NCBI GenBank assembly: GCA_039815375.1
Contig: JBCBZJ010000001.1
Location: forward strand, 224,001 to 288,000
DNA length: 64,000 nt
DNA from: Verrucomicrobiota bacterium
GTDB lineage: Bacteria > Verrucomicrobiota > Verrucomicrobiia > Opitutales > Coraliomargaritaceae
Reading direction: 5' to 3'
The notes under the pieces: generated by a model
The model's database searches: none
Told to the model about the DNA's origin: nothing
What the model saw: the letters and a program-made list of their open reading frames with translations, nothing else
Translations under genes and position numbers: made by a program
Shown here: positions 50,010-63,635 of the stretch, in pieces
Layout: the number at the start of each line of letters is the position of its first letter
Numbering within the stretch: the stretch's first letter is position 1

Positions 50010-53000
50010 CTAGTCCGAGGTTTGCAAGCCCACGGTGATGCGGAAGAAATTCTGATCGAAATTCGACTCGGAAGTCTTTGCCGTCAAACCGTAGCGGTCC
50101 TCGCTAAGATAGCCCAGCCCGTTATCTGCAGGGCCAACAAAACTCGCACTTTCTAGAGTCTGCGACGAGACGAGGCCGAAGACAAATGCGTCAACATATT
50201 CGTCCGGGAAGGTGAACTGCACTTCAAATGTATTGATCGGTTCTCCGCTCCAGATGATTTCGATTTCAGTTGGGAACAAATTATAAATGGGTTCAGCAAG
50301 ATCTCCAGCGCGTGGATCGGCTCCTGAGATTTGATACTGCAGGTAGGAGTGCCCGGTATCCGGATGTTCGTCGTAGGCATCGACGGCTCCGATCTCACCG
50401 AAGAAGAATTGCTCCCATGCGTCGTCGAGAAGGTTGGCATTGGTGTCGTTGTCGGTGGCGACGGGCGTTACGATGGAGTCGATGGATATGATCTCCATTG
50501 TGTCGAATCCAGTTACTGGATCCACATCTGTGTAGCCACTCAAGGTATAGCTTGTGCCAATATTCAGGCCCAGGCCCTGTTCGAGGATAAAGCGTTCTCC
50601 GGATGCATCTGTAAGCCAAGCCAGATTGTTATTCAAGAGGCGGCGGTAGTCATAGCGATGCCCCGGAGTGGTCGGCTCTTCGATGAAGAGTGTCCATTGT
50701 TCTGTTGGGCGCTTTGTGTCGAGAGCGAGTGCCAGAATCGCGAGGAGTTCCGTTTGCGCATCGGCTAGATCCTGGGCGGGTATGGTGGAGAATGGGTCGG
50801 TGCGTGCCGGATCACCCGGTGCGGGGTCGACAATGGAGCCGGAGCGCAAGATCGAGCGCCAGGCATCGAGGGGCAGTGCCATGAGTGGATTGGCGTCGGA
50901 TGTAGCAACGTGTCGGTCGTAAATCGTGTTTGCGAGTGTTGGCAGATCTGCTGAGGCACGGACCTCGGTGTCGATGACTTGGAGCATGGATTGGAAGTCA
51001 CACCCATCGTCAAGGAGTGCCTCAAGCATGTCCTGGGATAAATTCGTTTTCGCTGCTTCTCCATCACGGGATCCAAATAGTGTCCAATCGTCGACTGTTG
51101 AAGGGACCTCGAGGCTGGACTTTATGTCGGTGCTCAGCGTGTCGAGTGCAGAGAAAAGCGCCTGCTCTCCTAGGGTCGCGATTATCGTATCCACAGGATC
51201 AATACGTGTGATTTGTGTGACGGGATCAAAGCTTGAATAGGCGGTTCGTGCTGCTGCGATCCAGGCGTCTGCGTCGCTCTGCAGATCTGTGCCGGTGGGA
51301 ACGGTGACGATACTTGGTGGATCAAAGGCTGGGTTCTGGAGGATGCGGAATGTTTCCCGACCGTCACGAGGTGCGGGGATACTGGAACCAAGACCAAAGT
51401 AGGTCGGCGTCGAAAGGATAAGCCATTCGTGGTCGGGGAGATTGCTGGTTACATCCATTCGAGCAGCATCGCTTCCGGCGAGTGTGCCACTTGTGATCTC
51501 TTTGACTTCGTTGCGGGTGAGTAATGTGGATCGCATGTCGTAGGCAAATAGGTTTGTGCCCTCGGTATCGTCGGCGCGATCTGTCGCCTGCTGAGCTAAG
51601 TCTCCGTCAGAAGGTGGTGTGTTGGCCGGGGGTGTCGTCGGTGTGCCGCCATCGTCGTATGGTGCGGCGGAACCCGTTGTGCTGTCGAAGGCCTGGGCAT
51701 AGAGGAAGAATCCTTCTCCAAGGAAAGGCGGGTTTCGATCTTCCGGTGCGACATTGCTGAGTGGATCGTTCGGATCCGTTTCCTGATACGTGTTGAGGGC
51801 GATTTCGTAGCCGAGTATCTCTTCGAGGTCAGGCTGGAAATCCAGATCAGTGTCGGCCCCACCAAATGGGTCGAGTTGTCTGGCCTCCTCGACATAGTCT
51901 GGCACGCCGTCGTTGTCGGAGTCGATGGAGTTGAGGTCGACGGAGAAGCTGAAGCTGCGGTTTTGTATCGGCCCCATTTTTCCGGTTGTGAGGTCTCGCG
52001 CATAAAAGATGAGTTCAGTCGGATATCCAATCGTGAGCGGCTCGGTGTATTGCGTCCAAAAGTTTTCCGATGTGCGCCTAAAGAAGGCTTCTGCAGTCTG
52101 GTCGTCGAAGAGAAGGGTAAAGGTTACGGCAGTGTTGTAGGTGCCGGATTCTGGAGAAGCGATAAGTGACGGGATGGAGAGGGAGAAGGTATCGGCTAGA
52201 GAGGCAACCGAAGCATTGGCATCGATCTGACTGGTCATGACATGCGTCGCGCCAGTCGGTGCAGCCGTTGCATAGGCGGAAGGGTTATCCAGACCGGAGC
52301 TTGAGCCGACAAAGGTCTCCCGCTCGAGGCTGGTCGGTAGGGTGCCGCCTCCGAGTGTCCAGTCTGGCACGATATCGAGCTGGAGGAGTTCGGCGGTCGG
52401 ATCGACGAGTGGAGTCGAGTTATACCAAAAGAGTGTCGCGAAGTCGGTGGAAGGGGCGCTCAGCCAAGGCGAAAGCTCGCCTGATGCGATTTGATTCCAG
52501 CCGCTACCGGTGTTTGTGAAAAAGTGCCAATTTGTGCTGACGAGATCGTTCCCACTCTGGAAGGCGACGATACCCTCGCCCGGGATCGGTAAAAGTCCGG
52601 TAATAAGATCATCGCCGGACGGGCTAAATGCCTGAACGATAGTGAATTCGAATTCGGTCGGCACTGGCCCGTTTGGAACGACCAGAGCATAGACTGCCTC
52701 AGTGCCATCGGCTGAGGTGATGAGAACCCCTTCGGACGCATTTGGGATACCTCCGTAGGGAATTGGAGCAATGGAGCCTATACCAAAACTCAGCGGGAGT
52801 GAGGGAGCCAAATTTTCAGTGAAGCCGCCGAAGGTGTGCGTGAAAATCTCTGCAACGGGCTGACCGGGAACATAGGCGATGGTGCAAATGCGACCGTCGT
52901 TACCAATGACTTCGGTCGTCAGCTGGCTACCCATCGCAACGTTGTCCCCTGTATTGGCTCCTTCGATGGCATCGCCGCTGCGAAAGATTGAGATCAGTGA

Positions 53001-53597
53001 GTCTGGAGTCGGTGAGTCGAAAATCCCCATACCCAGTTGATCGCCGGAAACGGGATCACGCAATGGGACGGACTTGCGGAGTGCGGCGTTAATTGGATCG
53101 ATTAGATCGAGCTGGGTCTTTGCCGAAAATGGGTCCTCTATCAGCTCGAGACTATTGGCACCTGGGCCATAGAGGCTGCTAAGAAAGACGGGCTCGTCGG
53201 TGTTTCCGGAAACGTTGAGTGGAAATGCAAGCTCTGGTCCCGGCACCGATGGGAAAAGGTAGCGGGGTTGCGTCTCGTTTTCGGCCAGAAAGGCGACGCG
53301 GTTCGAAAAGATGGACGACAAGATGACGTATTCGTTGCCCCCGGAGACAAAGCCCGAGCTCAGGCCCGTGATATCGGACAGATCGGAACGCAGTGGCCCA
53401 GTCTGAAGAAGCGTGCCATTGAACTCGGAGAAGAAGCGGACTTGCCCCGTTGATTTGTCGACAAAGGCAAAGCGGTCCGATTGCTCCATCGGCACGAACC
53501 ATTCGTTTGGCAACGAGGTGGCAGGAGCGGCATCGGTGACGCAGGAGAGTCCCGCGAGGCAGAGCGATATCGGAGCAAGCTTGATTAAGTGTTTCAC
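50010..53597 (-). CDS. Large secreted acidic protein (~1195 aa): propeller-like N-terminus, chitobiase/Fn3-associated module, Ca-binding DxDxDG repeats
   Basis: Start moved to GTG 53597 ([17 protein letters not shown], signal-like); SPESGTY...[43 protein letters not shown]-terminal NFFRITV. Confidence 0.75.
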   Translation of the reverse strand: MKHLIKLAPISLCLAGLSCVTDAAPATSLPNEWFVPMEQSDRFAFVDKSTGQVRFFSEFNGTLLQTGPLRSDLSDITGLSSGFVSGGNEYVILSSIFSNRVAFLAENETQPRYLFPSVPGPELAFPLNVSGNTDEPVFLSSLYGPGANSLELIEDPFSAKTQLDLIDPINAALRKSVPLRDPVSGDQLGMGIFDSPTPDSLISIFRSGDAIEGANTGDNVAMGSQLTTEVIGNDGRICTIAYVPGQPVAEIFTHTFGGFTENLAPSLPLSFGIGSIAPIPYGGIPNASEGVLITSADGTEAVYALVVPNGPVPTEFEFTIVQAFSPSGDDLITGLLPIPGEGIVAFQSGNDLVSTNWHFFTNTGSGWNQIASGELSPWLSAPSTDFATLFWYNSTPLVDPTAELLQLDIVPDWTLGGGTLPTSLERETFVGSSSGLDNPSAYATAAPTGATHVMTSQIDANASVASLADTFSLSIPSLIASPESGTYNTAVTFTLLFDDQTAEAFFRRTSENFWTQYTEPLTIGYPTELIFYARDLTTGKMGPIQNRSFSFSVDLNSIDSDNDGVPDYVEEARQLDPFGGADTDLDFQPDLEEILGYEIALNTYQETDPNDPLSNVAPEDRNPPFLGEGFFLYAQAFDSTTGSAAPYDDGGTPTTPPANTPPSDGDLAQQATDRADDTEGTNLFAYDMRSTLLTRNEVKEITSGTLAGSDAARMDVTSNLPDHEWLILSTPTYFGLGSSIPAPRDGRETFRILQNPAFDPPSIVTVPTGTDLQSDADAWIAAARTAYSSFDPVTQITRIDPVDTIIATLGEQALFSALDTLSTDIKSSLEVPSTVDDWTLFGSRDGEAAKTNLSQDMLEALLDDGCDFQSMLQVIDTEVRASADLPTLANTIYDRHVATSDANPLMALPLDAWRSILRSGSIVDPAPGDPARTDPFSTIPAQDLADAQTELLAILALALDTKRPTEQWTLFIEEPTTPGHRYDYRRLLNNNLAWLTDASGERFILEQGLGLNIGTSYTLSGYTDVDPVTGFDTMEIISIDSIVTPVATDNDTNANLLDDAWEQFFFGEIGAVDAYDEHPDTGHSYLQYQISGADPRAGDLAEPIYNLFPTEIEIIWSGEPINTFEVQFTFPDEYVDAFVFGLVSSQTLESASFVGPADNGLGYLSEDRYGLTAKTSESNFDQNFFRITVGLQTSD

Positions 53598-53617
53598 AGC
53601 GTCAGGACCTTCTTTTG

Positions 53618-56600
53618 TTACGGGTGTGAAATCGTGTTCGTTGGAATGATGCGACTGATCTCTCCGCGTTCGGTGAAGTGAACGATCAGGTATTGGTAGT
53701 TGGCGCCAGAGGAGGCTGGCACCACGTCGCGAATCCACATGGTCGAGTCGAATACCGAGTTTGCGGGATTCGCCGAGGCATCGATCTCTAGATATTCTGG
53801 GTTCGATGGGGAGCCTGAGATAGCGACTCCAGTCGTAAAGGTTGAGAGATCGCGGGAAAAGCTGCCCGATAGTGGGACTGGCATTGGAGTCGGGAAGGAC
53901 TGGTCGAATGTGCTGAAGATAAAGAATGGATCACGCGCGCGGAAGTAGTCGAAGGAGTTTCCATTTTGATCGCTGCCGGTCAGGGTCTGATAGGCAATGC
54001 GGTCGATCAACGGTGTGATTTGAACAAGATTCGGCTTGGCGTCCGGGAAGCGTGTTGAGGCTACTTGATAGCGGTAGATAACAAAGGGGACGACACTTTC
54101 AAGAGAGTCGGCTGGGAGTGTATCTATGTTCTGTTTGCGGTAGTTGAAGAGCCACTCAATCGGGTCGCGATCGTCAGGGAAGGAGGCTTCTGAGGTAGAC
54201 TCATTCCCTATGCCTGTTGCAGGAAACAGGCCGACGAGGATCGCTGCAGAAGCGCCCATATTGTTCATCGCGGTTGGTGGAATCGGGTAGGCGAAAAATG
54301 GGCCCTCTCCAGGAACGTAGCTATCCACGTCGATACCAATATCTGCGATTCCGGGAAGGGGGCGTGCTGGCCAGGGGATCACGTCCTGAGGCCCAGAGAC
54401 AGGTTGTATCCATAAGTCTGATACGATATTTGAAAAGTCGCCTCGGGTGTATTCGTAGGCATCGGTCGAAGGGTCGAGCACCTGTGAGCCGATGCCTCGC
54501 ACTACGTAGTAGAGTTTCTTGTCCGCCGGGACGGTAAGATTTAATGAGAACTCACCATTGCTGCCAAACCCGGATGCCAGAGAGTTTGTTCGATAGACGG
54601 AGAAGGTGAGGGTCTCGCCGTTCTCATCGGTTAGGTTTGGATTCGTGTCTGGCTCGATCGGCAGTGAGAGTTGAGTCGAGTCGATGCCTGGATCTGAGTC
54701 GCCTTCTGCTGCGACCCATACCTCGAAGCGATCAATGCCGACTGGATCGCAGAACCATGAAAGTTTGACGACGGGAAGATTGCCAGCTGGGTCAAGGTCT
54801 ACGGGGTCGAAGAGCATGGGGACACCCAGATCTTCGTTCTGGACCGTGACGCATCCGAGCCGGACCATGGCCGAGCCGTTCCCGTGCAGGTCGAAGACTT
54901 GAGCGTAGTAGCATGCGGTTGTTCCGTTAACGAGAGTCGGCGCGCGTTCCTTCCATTCGTAAATCGCATCGAAATCGCTCTCGCTGGATTCGCGGGAGAT
55001 CAGCTGGAACTCTGGAGATCCATCTACGCGTCGGTAGACACGGACTTCTCGCACGCCGTCGCTGAGGAAGACGGTGCCGCATACGCCGGTGATGGAATCG
55101 TCTGGACCTACAGGTGTGTGAGGATAGGGCACGATGCCGGGGATAACTTCGACCCATGGAGGGCAGTCTTCGATTCGGCCACTACTGCCGTCGGGGAGGA
55201 GCTCGAGGACGCGTTCATTGATGGACCCATTTTCATCACGAAGGAAGGATGAAGCAATGAGTGTCGGGCAGCAAATTTCGACATAGCCCCGAAAATCATA
55301 GCGCGTGATGAGGCCCTGCTCCTGGTTGAATCCGAGCGCACTGATCGTGACCCAAGAGCTGACGGATCCATCGCCGAGGCGTGCCCGCACTCGTATGTTT
55401 TTTCCATCTTTGTCAGCAATGGGCACGATTACGTCACCATACTGCTCGAATCCTTTGTAATAATAGGTTGTCGAAAATTGAGTTTCGAATGTTCCGTTGG
55501 AGGCGTTGTCGACACCGTATTCCACATCGAAAGATTTGACCTTCTTTATGACGGCGTCGCTTTCTGGATCGGTGCGGGAGACGCGAACAACAAATCCTGG
55601 ATCACTGTCATTGAGTCCATAATCGGAGCGTCGCGCAGTGGTGCCTTCATTGGTTAGAGTTAAGTATGGGATGCAGTAGCAAATGATAAGGGAGCCGGTT
55701 GGCTTATCTGGGCCAACTCGGTCGCGCGGCACGCCGTAGGTTGCTCCGGAGTGGCCCGAGTAATTTTGCGGGGTGCATGCCGTGGTGTCCACCGCACGCA
55801 CGGTATACCAGAAGGTCTGTCCCATTGCGGAGTCGTTTTCACTGTTTACTACGGGTGCTCCCGTGTCGGCTCCGACAGTCGCGTCATTCGGGTCCTGACC
55901 ACCCGGGCCATCTAGGTCGAGATCAGCGGCATTGTCGTCATCAAAGTAAGCGTAACGCTGGCCCGGCACATGAGGCACGCTACCAATGTAGTTGGCCTCA
56001 GGGTCTGCGCCGAGACGCATCCAATCTGTAGCGGCATGCCAGCGATAGATACGGTATTCGCTCGCGGTGCGGTCTTCCGGGGTATCCGGCAGCTGCTCGA
56101 TGACGACTTGGAGGTGTTGTGTGCCCGTGCCGGCAAGTGGGTCGGCGCTGGCCATGTCGAAGATGTTGTCGACCGAAACAATCGATGGTGCTGGGGGTGG
56201 TAGGCGGTCGCAGACCGTGATCAGAAGTGATGGCGGGGAGAGCGGCCCTGGGTGCCCTGCGATATCACGCGCGGCGACATAGTAGTAAAATTGTTCGCCG
56301 TCTTCAAACCCGGGGTCTGGTGCGTCGTTGTCGTCGCCGTAGAAGAAGTCGCCTTCTTGAAAGCTTGTGTCGGCTGCTTCCGCATCGGAGATGAGTGAGC
56401 TCGCCACTGCCGGGAGCCGATTAACGCGGATGCCACCCAGACCAAGCAGGTCGGCTTCGAAGAAGAGGCTGTTCGGTGAAATCGCAGCGTTATCGATGAT
56501 TTCTTTTGAAATACGGTAGAGGTTGAAGCCGTAGGTGTGGGGCATGAGCGCGCGGAGGTCATCTGGCGTTCCCCAGCGCGTGAGGATGGTGAGGTGGTCT

Positions 56601-57340
56601 TTCGGCGAGGCGTTGTTTTGCAGATTCGGGTCGTTCACGTGGAAGACCTGACGTGGCGCGTCGGGCGAGAGCAGCATTTGAGGGTTGTCTGCGTCGAGTG
56701 TGACGCGCCCGATGACGCGAATGTCATCATTGCTTCCATCGATCTCGCGGACCTCGTAGGTGCGCAGTGATGCCGAAGGAACTTGAATGCTAAAGCCGAG
56801 CCCAAGGCACATTTGCACGCCGGGGTGGGCACGGCCGAGGGAGACGAGCGACTGGAGCACTTCCGCATCAGTCAGAGCGACGGTCATGATCTGAGCAAGA
56901 TCCTGAGCGACGTCTAAATCGATCTCAGTGGGGTAGACGTAGTCTGCCGGTAGCGGAACGGCTTGAGCTTCCGCATTCAGCGCGACGATACGTTCCGGAA
57001 GCTGCGCACCATCAGCATCTACGAGCTCGCCCAGTTTGAGGAGGGCCTGAATCGTGCTCGGGGTGTATTGCAGCTCCTGGATACCGACGAGTTCGTAATC
57101 ATCGACTGAGTCGGCATTGCCATCTTTTGCGTAGATACCGAAGCGCTTGCCGAAAATCGTGGCAGCATCACCCGGCTGCCAAAGAAGGTAGTCGTGCAAG
57201 GTGCTGCCTTCGTTGGTTTCGAAGCTTTTGCCGACGGTGTAAACAAGTGGGTCGGCGTTTTGCGCTTGCAGGCTACCCAAGCCGCAGAGCGCGAGTAGGC
57301 CGAGTGTAGCTCCTTGTATTAGATTTAAGAGTGGCTTCAT
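53618..57340 (-). CDS. Large secreted protein (1240 aa) with multiple Fn3-like modules
   Basis: Signal peptide (LQA|Q); repeated GFNLYR / EYRIYR / VRVYRR paired with YYYVAARD..G / FWYTVRAVD / [10 protein letters not shown]. Confidence 0.75.
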   Translation of the reverse strand: MKPLLNLIQGATLGLLALCGLGSLQAQNADPLVYTVGKSFETNEGSTLHDYLLWQPGDAATIFGKRFGIYAKDGNADSVDDYELVGIQELQYTPSTIQALLKLGELVDADGAQLPERIVALNAEAQAVPLPADYVYPTEIDLDVAQDLAQIMTVALTDAEVLQSLVSLGRAHPGVQMCLGLGFSIQVPSASLRTYEVREIDGSNDDIRVIGRVTLDADNPQMLLSPDAPRQVFHVNDPNLQNNASPKDHLTILTRWGTPDDLRALMPHTYGFNLYRISKEIIDNAAISPNSLFFEADLLGLGGIRVNRLPAVASSLISDAEAADTSFQEGDFFYGDDNDAPDPGFEDGEQFYYYVAARDIAGHPGPLSPPSLLITVCDRLPPPAPSIVSVDNIFDMASADPLAGTGTQHLQVVIEQLPDTPEDRTASEYRIYRWHAATDWMRLGADPEANYIGSVPHVPGQRYAYFDDDNAADLDLDGPGGQDPNDATVGADTGAPVVNSENDSAMGQTFWYTVRAVDTTACTPQNYSGHSGATYGVPRDRVGPDKPTGSLIICYCIPYLTLTNEGTTARRSDYGLNDSDPGFVVRVSRTDPESDAVIKKVKSFDVEYGVDNASNGTFETQFSTTYYYKGFEQYGDVIVPIADKDGKNIRVRARLGDGSVSSWVTISALGFNQEQGLITRYDFRGYVEICCPTLIASSFLRDENGSINERVLELLPDGSSGRIEDCPPWVEVIPGIVPYPHTPVGPDDSITGVCGTVFLSDGVREVRVYRRVDGSPEFQLISRESSESDFDAIYEWKERAPTLVNGTTACYYAQVFDLHGNGSAMVRLGCVTVQNEDLGVPMLFDPVDLDPAGNLPVVKLSWFCDPVGIDRFEVWVAAEGDSDPGIDSTQLSLPIEPDTNPNLTDENGETLTFSVYRTNSLASGFGSNGEFSLNLTVPADKKLYYVVRGIGSQVLDPSTDAYEYTRGDFSNIVSDLWIQPVSGPQDVIPWPARPLPGIADIGIDVDSYVPGEGPFFAYPIPPTAMNNMGASAAILVGLFPATGIGNESTSEASFPDDRDPIEWLFNYRKQNIDTLPADSLESVVPFVIYRYQVASTRFPDAKPNLVQITPLIDRIAYQTLTGSDQNGNSFDYFRARDPFFIFSTFDQSFPTPMPVPLSGSFSRDLSTFTTGVAISGSPSNPEYLEIDASANPANSVFDSTMWIRDVVPASSGANYQYLIVHFTERGEISRIIPTNTISHP

Positions 57341-57392
57341 GGCTATGAAATCTTGAAAGGCTTCCGTAAGTCGATGTGTCGAGGTGTTCAGT

Positions 57393-60300
57393 TTACTTCA
57401 TGGACCAGTTGCCATCGTCGAAGAGGAGTTTTACGGCTCTGCTAAATTTGACGCAGATCGGGCACCAACCCACGCGTGCCGAGAATTTACCCGTTCCCGC
57501 ACCGCGTAGTGTGCCGCCCTGAGAGGCCAGGATGATTTTGATCTCACCCTTGATTGAGACGATGCAGAGCGCTTCACCGGATACGCCGAGGAAGACCTTA
57601 CCTCCGACGACGATGTCACTCGCGTCGATGTCATTGAGGTCACCCTGCACGAAGAAGAAGGCCCCAGCGCCGACTCCGGCATCGATCCTGAAGAGGCAGG
57701 ATGCGGGCACACCGAGGACGAGTTCGGACACAGGTAGCCAGACTTCACCATAGACGTAGGCCCCGGTGAAGCTGTCGCCACCCTCGAGGACATCGCCTAT
57801 ATCCGGATCGACAAATAGCAGTGGCTCCAAGGTGCACGTTCGGCCAAAGAAGATGCCTGCGGCTACTTCGTAGCTGGAGAAGATCGCGCGGGCCTTTGCG
57901 CCCAGATAGCATTCCTCAAGGCCAATGGCCATTGTCGCACCGAACTCGAGGATCTTGAAGGTCTCGAAATCAATCTCTCCGTCTGCAAGTTCAAAGCTTC
58001 CGCCAACGCCAATCGGTAGCGGTGGTAGGCCGCCATCGCCATCGCGATCTTTGAGTGAGAGTTTTACACCGAGGTTGATCTTGCACTCTGAGATCCACTC
58101 GACGGAGACATCCTGGGCACCGATCCGGACTTCGACGACTTTCTCGCCCGGCTTCACACAGCCGGACTCGACGAAGTTATCTTCCGAGGAGTAGGCAAGG
58201 ATCTCGAGGAAGACGTGGAGTGCCATATCCTCGGGCACTTTAAACTGCATCTGTGCGTCGAGCCTGAGCTTGCGCAGTGAGTCGCCGTTAAACTCAGCGA
58301 AGCCCGATATCTCACCCGAGCCCATGTAGTCGGAGACGTCGCCAAGCATGGAGTTGATCTGATCTTCAAGCGGTCCGATGGCCTTACTGATCGCTTCTTT
58401 GAGGACTACACTGAACTGCGCGAAGACCGATTGCAGCGATGAGGTCACCTTGTCGGAGATATCGTAAAGCGTTTGGCGCAAAATATACTGCGTCTGTGTG
58501 ACGATATCTGATCCGAGGATCGCATCTTTGATCTCATCCTTAACGAGCTGGACGAATGCATCTTCGCTGAATTCTGCCAAGAAGCTGTCGGCATACTCGC
58601 TGAAAAGTTCCGCCTGAGCTGATGCATCGGTAATGCCGAGAGACTGTTCGATCTGCAGGAAGAGTGACCAAGCACGTGTCGTCGCGGGGCGGATCATTTC
58701 GTTGAGATCACCGCCAGACTTTGCGGCGATGATCATATCCGTAAATTGGTCGACGATGTCGCCTACATTGGTCAACTCGGTATGAACGTCAGCGAGGAAG
58801 CCGCGGACGGTGACAAGTGCTTCGCTGATCTGCTCTAGCGTTGGATCAACGTCTACCAGGAGCGCGTTCAGCTCGTCGTTGAGCTCGGAGGTAAGATTCA
58901 GGATGAGCGGTTCGACCACGTCGCGGACTTGTGGCTCAACGAGCTCAACCAGTAGCGTTCGAATTACTGCCGGTACGATCTGGCGATCGCCATTGCCGTC
59001 TTTGGAAAGGATGCCGGGCAAGTCGATTGAAGCTAAGCTTGGTGTGGTGATGTTTGCGGTATAGTCCTGAGCCTCGTCGATACCCACGGTGATGGCGTCG
59101 ATGCCTTTGATGATCTCCTCAAGTGCCTCTTCGATCTGAGTGAGGAAGCTGCCAACGTCACCTCCAGTGTCGGCTATGAGGCAGAGCTGATCCTGAATAG
59201 CCTGGAGCTCTGGGATGCTTAGGAAGAGTGCGTCGCTCGGATCGTTGAGCGTATTTTTAACCTCCGTCTTGAAATCCAGATAAGAGTATCCGGGGTTGTT
59301 CGTATGGAAACCCTCAACAAGGCGGTAGAGCTCGCGGATCGGACCAGGTGAATCTGCTGTGCCTGCAGCCGCTTCGACGACTGGATCGATCATGTCGTTC
59401 AGACTGTCTTCGAGCATCTTCTCGAGTTCACTCAGACCGGCATCGATTGCATCCTTAGGCGCTTGGCCGATCTCGTTGGCGATGGCGTTGGCGGCACCAT
59501 CGATTTGATCGTTGAGGAAGTTCGTCAGCTTGATTTCGGGAAGCCCGTCATAAGTCGCGCCGAACGAAATGTTGGTGAACTTCGCGTCCATCCAGTCGAT
59601 CTTGTGCTCCATTTGAGCAACGAAGATATCTTGGGTGCGTGCTTTATTCGAAGCGAAGCGTCGCGTGTTGTCATCCCAAAGCAGCGGGTATTCGAGCGGG
59701 ATGAAGCCGAACATATCCTGACGCGCTTTGATCAGGTAGGTCTCAAGGGTGTCTATAGTAGGAGACTTGTATTCGTCGAAATCAATCGTCCCGAGTGGTG
59801 GGAAGGAACGGTGGTCCGAGTCGAAGCTAACGTCGGTAAAGAATGTTTCCCCTGAGTCGGTCCATCCCGGAGTGAGTGCGAACGTGGCCGAGTCGGAGGT
59901 CGGGTCGTCGTTCGTCGTTGAGGTAGTGATGGCCTGCACCTCGAGGTCGGTGAAGTATGGAATGTCGATGGTGCCGGCGAAGGTCACAATGCCGCCACCG
60001 TGAGAGGGTGCCCCGGTCTCGGTCGGATTGTTGAAGCGGAGCTTAGTCGTGGTGACCAGGTTGTAGTCCTTGTTCGGGCCGGACAGTCCGATCGACGCAG
60101 GAAGGCGTAACTGTGAGTCAACAGATCCTGAGCCGCCAAGCACGTCTGCGAGCGTGGTGAGGTTTCCGCTTGGATCAAACGCGAGCGAGCCAGTCAGCAC
60201 CTGTGGCACGTGAGACGCTCTCAGACTTGCGCCAACGGCGAGGTTTGCGCCGAAATCCTTCGGGCATGCGCCCGGGTTCTTCTCGAAGGTATCGAAGGCC

Positions 60301-63122
60301 ATGGCCTTCAGGTCGAAGTTCGAATTCCAATAGGTGAGTGCTTTATCCTCTGCGTCCGACAAGTCGGGCGTCATTTCACCCGGCTCGCCAAGGCAATCGA
60401 AACGGAGGCTGAAGAAGGCTTGCGTCCAGTCCGAGTAGTTGGCGGGAGCTGAGCCTCCGACAGCGATGGCTCCATCGACCCAGCTGGCGCAGCCCTCAGA
60501 TTCGTTGTTGCTATCTAGGAATGAGAGTTGGAAGCGCGCAACCTCAACTTCGAATCCGTGTAGAGTGAGGCTGTCGTTGAAAGTGCCGTCGGTCGCGACT
60601 TGGCGACCGTTGACGCCGCCTTCGCGAATATAGTATTTCGAACCGGAGTTCGCGTCGAGGTCACTATCTTGGTCGGCAAGCAGATCGTAGGGGTAGTCGG
60701 ACATGTTACCGGCGAGGCGTGAGGCACCGGCAAAGTTAGCTGCCTGCACTTCGAAGGTCAGTCCGGCGAAGTCACCGTTGCCTTTGGTGTATTCCAATTC
60801 AGAGAGGATGTGGAGGTCCGGCGAGCCGAGTGGATCCCGGTTGAAGGCGGCCAGTAGCAGCGCTGCGGGTGCTCCGTCGCCCGCTACGGATTGGTAGACG
60901 TTGCTCGTCAACAGCGCATTCGAAGTGGCATAGAGTTGATAGCCGGGCATGTAGAAATTGCCCTCTGTAAATTTCCCTGTTCGGTGGGCGTAGTTGATCG
61001 CATCACGCTTACCCCATTCAAGTTCGTGGCCGCTGCCACTGTTGATGCCGTTGACCTCGCCGAATCCGTGCAGGCCGCCACCGGGTGCAAAGTAAAGCGT
61101 CGCGTCGACTACTTCCGATGTGATGGTCTCGAACTCTTCGTAACAGTCGTCTTCGACGCAGTCCTTGTAGTAGGGGACCTTGACCTCGGCGACGTTATTC
61201 AGCGCTGCGCCGTCAACCGAGCTGATGGCTCCTTCGATCAGACTGACTGGGGAGGCATTGGCGTAAGTGATATTCGATTTCTTCGGAAAGTGCGTATCGA
61301 ATGTATCGGGGGAGAGTTCCAGGTCTGCGGTCGCACGGGAGGTGCCGTCGTTGGCTCGTGTGAAGACGACACTGGCACTCTTGGCCGATGCAGTGAGTAG
61401 GTAGCGATCGTTGGAGCAGCGGTCCGCCATTGAGGGGTCATCGAGTTGCCCGCCGCCCAGTAGAACTTTTAGTTCCTCATAAGCATCTTTATGGGCGTAT
61501 TTGGCACTCGCGATGGTGAACTCGAGAGTGCCGTCTGTATTGAGCTGGCCGTCCGAAGCGTTGAAGATGATCGGGTGGGATTCGTCGGCGACTGCCGAGT
61601 TCGCGGTAAAATGCATCGCGAGGCTGAGCGGGCTCGTCCAGCAGAGATGATCATCTAGAGTAACAATCTGCGTGTCGTTGAATCGCGTCACTCCCAGAAA
61701 TTGATTTGTGGTCGTATCCTTGAAGAAGGTCATTCCCTGTGGGAAATCGACAGAGAAGCCGTTAGCGGAGGCTCCGGTTGTGCTCAGGGTCACTGAGTTG
61801 AAGCTTACATCCGGATGATCGATACAGGCGGGAGCAACCGTCGCGGGAGAGCCATCAGGGTAGGCGGTTTCACTACCGCTAAAGAGCTCCATGTGCCCGT
61901 CGGCAAAGAGGCGCACATCCATTGAGCTGCTGGTGCCGAAGTTGACGTCGGATCGGGTGACGAGGGATCCGCCATCGGTCGGGACCTCAATAGTGGTGTT
62001 TACATAGGTCGCTGTGGTGCTGTTTGCGGCAGGTGTATTATCGAATGTGTTGACGATGGCCTCGAGAGGCCCAAATTCCAAATCGCCGTTGAAATGAAGG
62101 AGCTGCTGAGCGGCGAGCGCTGTGGTGAAGCTGCTTTGCTCGTTGTTGTTGGGGTCTTCGACATGGCGGATCGTCGCTTCGACATAGTAGGTTTCGTTGA
62201 CCGAGTCGAGCTGGTTCAGCGGCAAGATCTGCTCTTCAAAAATCGCTAGGCCGTCCTCCGGGATCGGGCGGGTTCCGTTGCTCACATGCGAATTTATGGC
62301 AATGACTTGCGAGAATTCGCCATCGTTCTCCAGCGGGATTTCGTTCCCTGTGCTTTGTTCAAAAAGGTCAAAGTCGACAGTGATCGTCGTATTCACACTA
62401 CTCGCACTTACCGCGAAATCATCGTATCGAAAGATAAAAACTGCCAGGCCGACTCCGAAGCCATCATCACTGCTGTCCGTTTGAAGCGCATAGGTCTTGG
62501 TCCAGTCAAGTCCTGTTTGGAAGGTCTTGATATTATACTCAAAGTCACCGCTGCTTGTGTTATTGAATTCGATCACAGGGCTGTTTGAGGATTCGACTAA
62601 CTGACCGACGACCGGGGCGTAGGGCGTGGACGGGATGGTTAGCGGTGCTGCTTCCAATTGGCCTTCGAGGAAATAGGTCTCCTCCGGGTCAAGTGCCGCG
62701 TCTGGAATGGCGACTGCGGTCAGAGTGAAGCTTTCTGAGTCCAGGCCGGCGGCAAGGCTTACCAGTTGCGCCGTCGAATAGACAATGGTGTCCCCTCCGC
62801 TTAGGGTAACGGGGGTAGGTGCACCCCCATTCTCCGCCATAAGGCGAGTGGCGACTCGGTAAAATCTTAAGGAGCCTGAGTCCCCGGGAGAGGTATTTTC
62901 AACCGTGACACTGAATTCTCCGTTGATCCCATCGAAGTTCGTGTTGGCGTCGGCGTCGGCACCGTCTGCGTCGAGAATATAATAGGAATTTGGGACGAAA
63001 ACGCTGTCGAGTGACTCATCGAGCGCAGCATGAAGCCCGATGGGCACACTTAAAAACAGAAGCGTAGAACCGAAGACGCCGCCGAGGAAGCGTTCGAAAA
63101 ATTTAGCACGAAGAGACTTCAT
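57393..63122 (-). CDS. Giant secreted protein (1909 aa): beta-rich N-terminal half, ~400-aa helical segment, Gly/hydrophobic beta C-terminus
   Basis: Signal peptide (LHA|A); uninterrupted 5.7-kb ORF; no recognisable catalytic motif. Confidence 0.75.
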   Translation of the reverse strand: MKSLRAKFFERFLGGVFGSTLLFLSVPIGLHAALDESLDSVFVPNSYYILDADGADADANTNFDGINGEFSVTVENTSPGDSGSLRFYRVATRLMAENGGAPTPVTLSGGDTIVYSTAQLVSLAAGLDSESFTLTAVAIPDAALDPEETYFLEGQLEAAPLTIPSTPYAPVVGQLVESSNSPVIEFNNTSSGDFEYNIKTFQTGLDWTKTYALQTDSSDDGFGVGLAVFIFRYDDFAVSASSVNTTITVDFDLFEQSTGNEIPLENDGEFSQVIAINSHVSNGTRPIPEDGLAIFEEQILPLNQLDSVNETYYVEATIRHVEDPNNNEQSSFTTALAAQQLLHFNGDLEFGPLEAIVNTFDNTPAANSTTATYVNTTIEVPTDGGSLVTRSDVNFGTSSSMDVRLFADGHMELFSGSETAYPDGSPATVAPACIDHPDVSFNSVTLSTTGASANGFSVDFPQGMTFFKDTTTNQFLGVTRFNDTQIVTLDDHLCWTSPLSLAMHFTANSAVADESHPIIFNASDGQLNTDGTLEFTIASAKYAHKDAYEELKVLLGGGQLDDPSMADRCSNDRYLLTASAKSASVVFTRANDGTSRATADLELSPDTFDTHFPKKSNITYANASPVSLIEGAISSVDGAALNNVAEVKVPYYKDCVEDDCYEEFETITSEVVDATLYFAPGGGLHGFGEVNGINSGSGHELEWGKRDAINYAHRTGKFTEGNFYMPGYQLYATSNALLTSNVYQSVAGDGAPAALLLAAFNRDPLGSPDLHILSELEYTKGNGDFAGLTFEVQAANFAGASRLAGNMSDYPYDLLADQDSDLDANSGSKYYIREGGVNGRQVATDGTFNDSLTLHGFEVEVARFQLSFLDSNNESEGCASWVDGAIAVGGSAPANYSDWTQAFFSLRFDCLGEPGEMTPDLSDAEDKALTYWNSNFDLKAMAFDTFEKNPGACPKDFGANLAVGASLRASHVPQVLTGSLAFDPSGNLTTLADVLGGSGSVDSQLRLPASIGLSGPNKDYNLVTTTKLRFNNPTETGAPSHGGGIVTFAGTIDIPYFTDLEVQAITTSTTNDDPTSDSATFALTPGWTDSGETFFTDVSFDSDHRSFPPLGTIDFDEYKSPTIDTLETYLIKARQDMFGFIPLEYPLLWDDNTRRFASNKARTQDIFVAQMEHKIDWMDAKFTNISFGATYDGLPEIKLTNFLNDQIDGAANAIANEIGQAPKDAIDAGLSELEKMLEDSLNDMIDPVVEAAAGTADSPGPIRELYRLVEGFHTNNPGYSYLDFKTEVKNTLNDPSDALFLSIPELQAIQDQLCLIADTGGDVGSFLTQIEEALEEIIKGIDAITVGIDEAQDYTANITTPSLASIDLPGILSKDGNGDRQIVPAVIRTLLVELVEPQVRDVVEPLILNLTSELNDELNALLVDVDPTLEQISEALVTVRGFLADVHTELTNVGDIVDQFTDMIIAAKSGGDLNEMIRPATTRAWSLFLQIEQSLGITDASAQAELFSEYADSFLAEFSEDAFVQLVKDEIKDAILGSDIVTQTQYILRQTLYDISDKVTSSLQSVFAQFSVVLKEAISKAIGPLEDQINSMLGDVSDYMGSGEISGFAEFNGDSLRKLRLDAQMQFKVPEDMALHVFLEILAYSSEDNFVESGCVKPGEKVVEVRIGAQDVSVEWISECKINLGVKLSLKDRDGDGGLPPLPIGVGGSFELADGEIDFETFKILEFGATMAIGLEECYLGAKARAIFSSYEVAAGIFFGRTCTLEPLLFVDPDIGDVLEGGDSFTGAYVYGEVWLPVSELVLGVPASCLFRIDAGVGAGAFFFVQGDLNDIDASDIVVGGKVFLGVSGEALCIVSIKGEIKIILASQGGTLRGAGTGKFSARVGWCPICVKFSRAVKLLFDDGNWSMK

Positions 63123-63352
63123 TGCTATGCTGAACTGGAACGTTTGCTAGGAGATGGGCATCCAGTGCGTGGCAGAGGTTGCCCGGTGTGTTGTTAGAAG
63201 CTGCTCTTAAATAGGAACTCGAGCTTACTATCAAGTTCTTAACTCTACAGAATTTTCAGCCAAGGGTTCTTACGGCCAACCGAAACATGCTCGTGCTGTT
63301 CTGAAGAGTTCTAGAGTCATACCTATTTGTAAAAGATATGGTCTGATCTATA

Positions 63353-63430
63353 ATGGTAGGGATGGCTGCCCTCAGCCGTCCGCGATTCTTGCATGACGAT
63401 TGGACGCTTGAGGGCAAGCGTCCCTACCAT
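63353..63430. repeat. GTAG-family REP doublet (REPIN-like inverted pair)
   Basis: ATGGTAGGGATGGCTGCCCTCAGCCGTCC ... GGACGCTTGAGGGCAAGCGTCCCTACCAT; each arm has GTAG plus an internal palindrome. Confidence 0.75.
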
Positions 63431-63635
63431 CTATATCTCAATGTGCGAATCAGATTCTTCGTGATGGACCGTGTGGGTGTCTGGCATGCTCTTTTCGTGC
63501 GGGTATATTTAATTTGAAGAACAGGTGGAGCGGCACCGCCCTCGGAGCGCCTCTGCGTCGTCTATTAGTTGTTGAGCGTTTGTGGAGTGCGAGTGTGCGC
63601 CTGCGTTATCTTTTACACTATACGACTAAGCAGAC

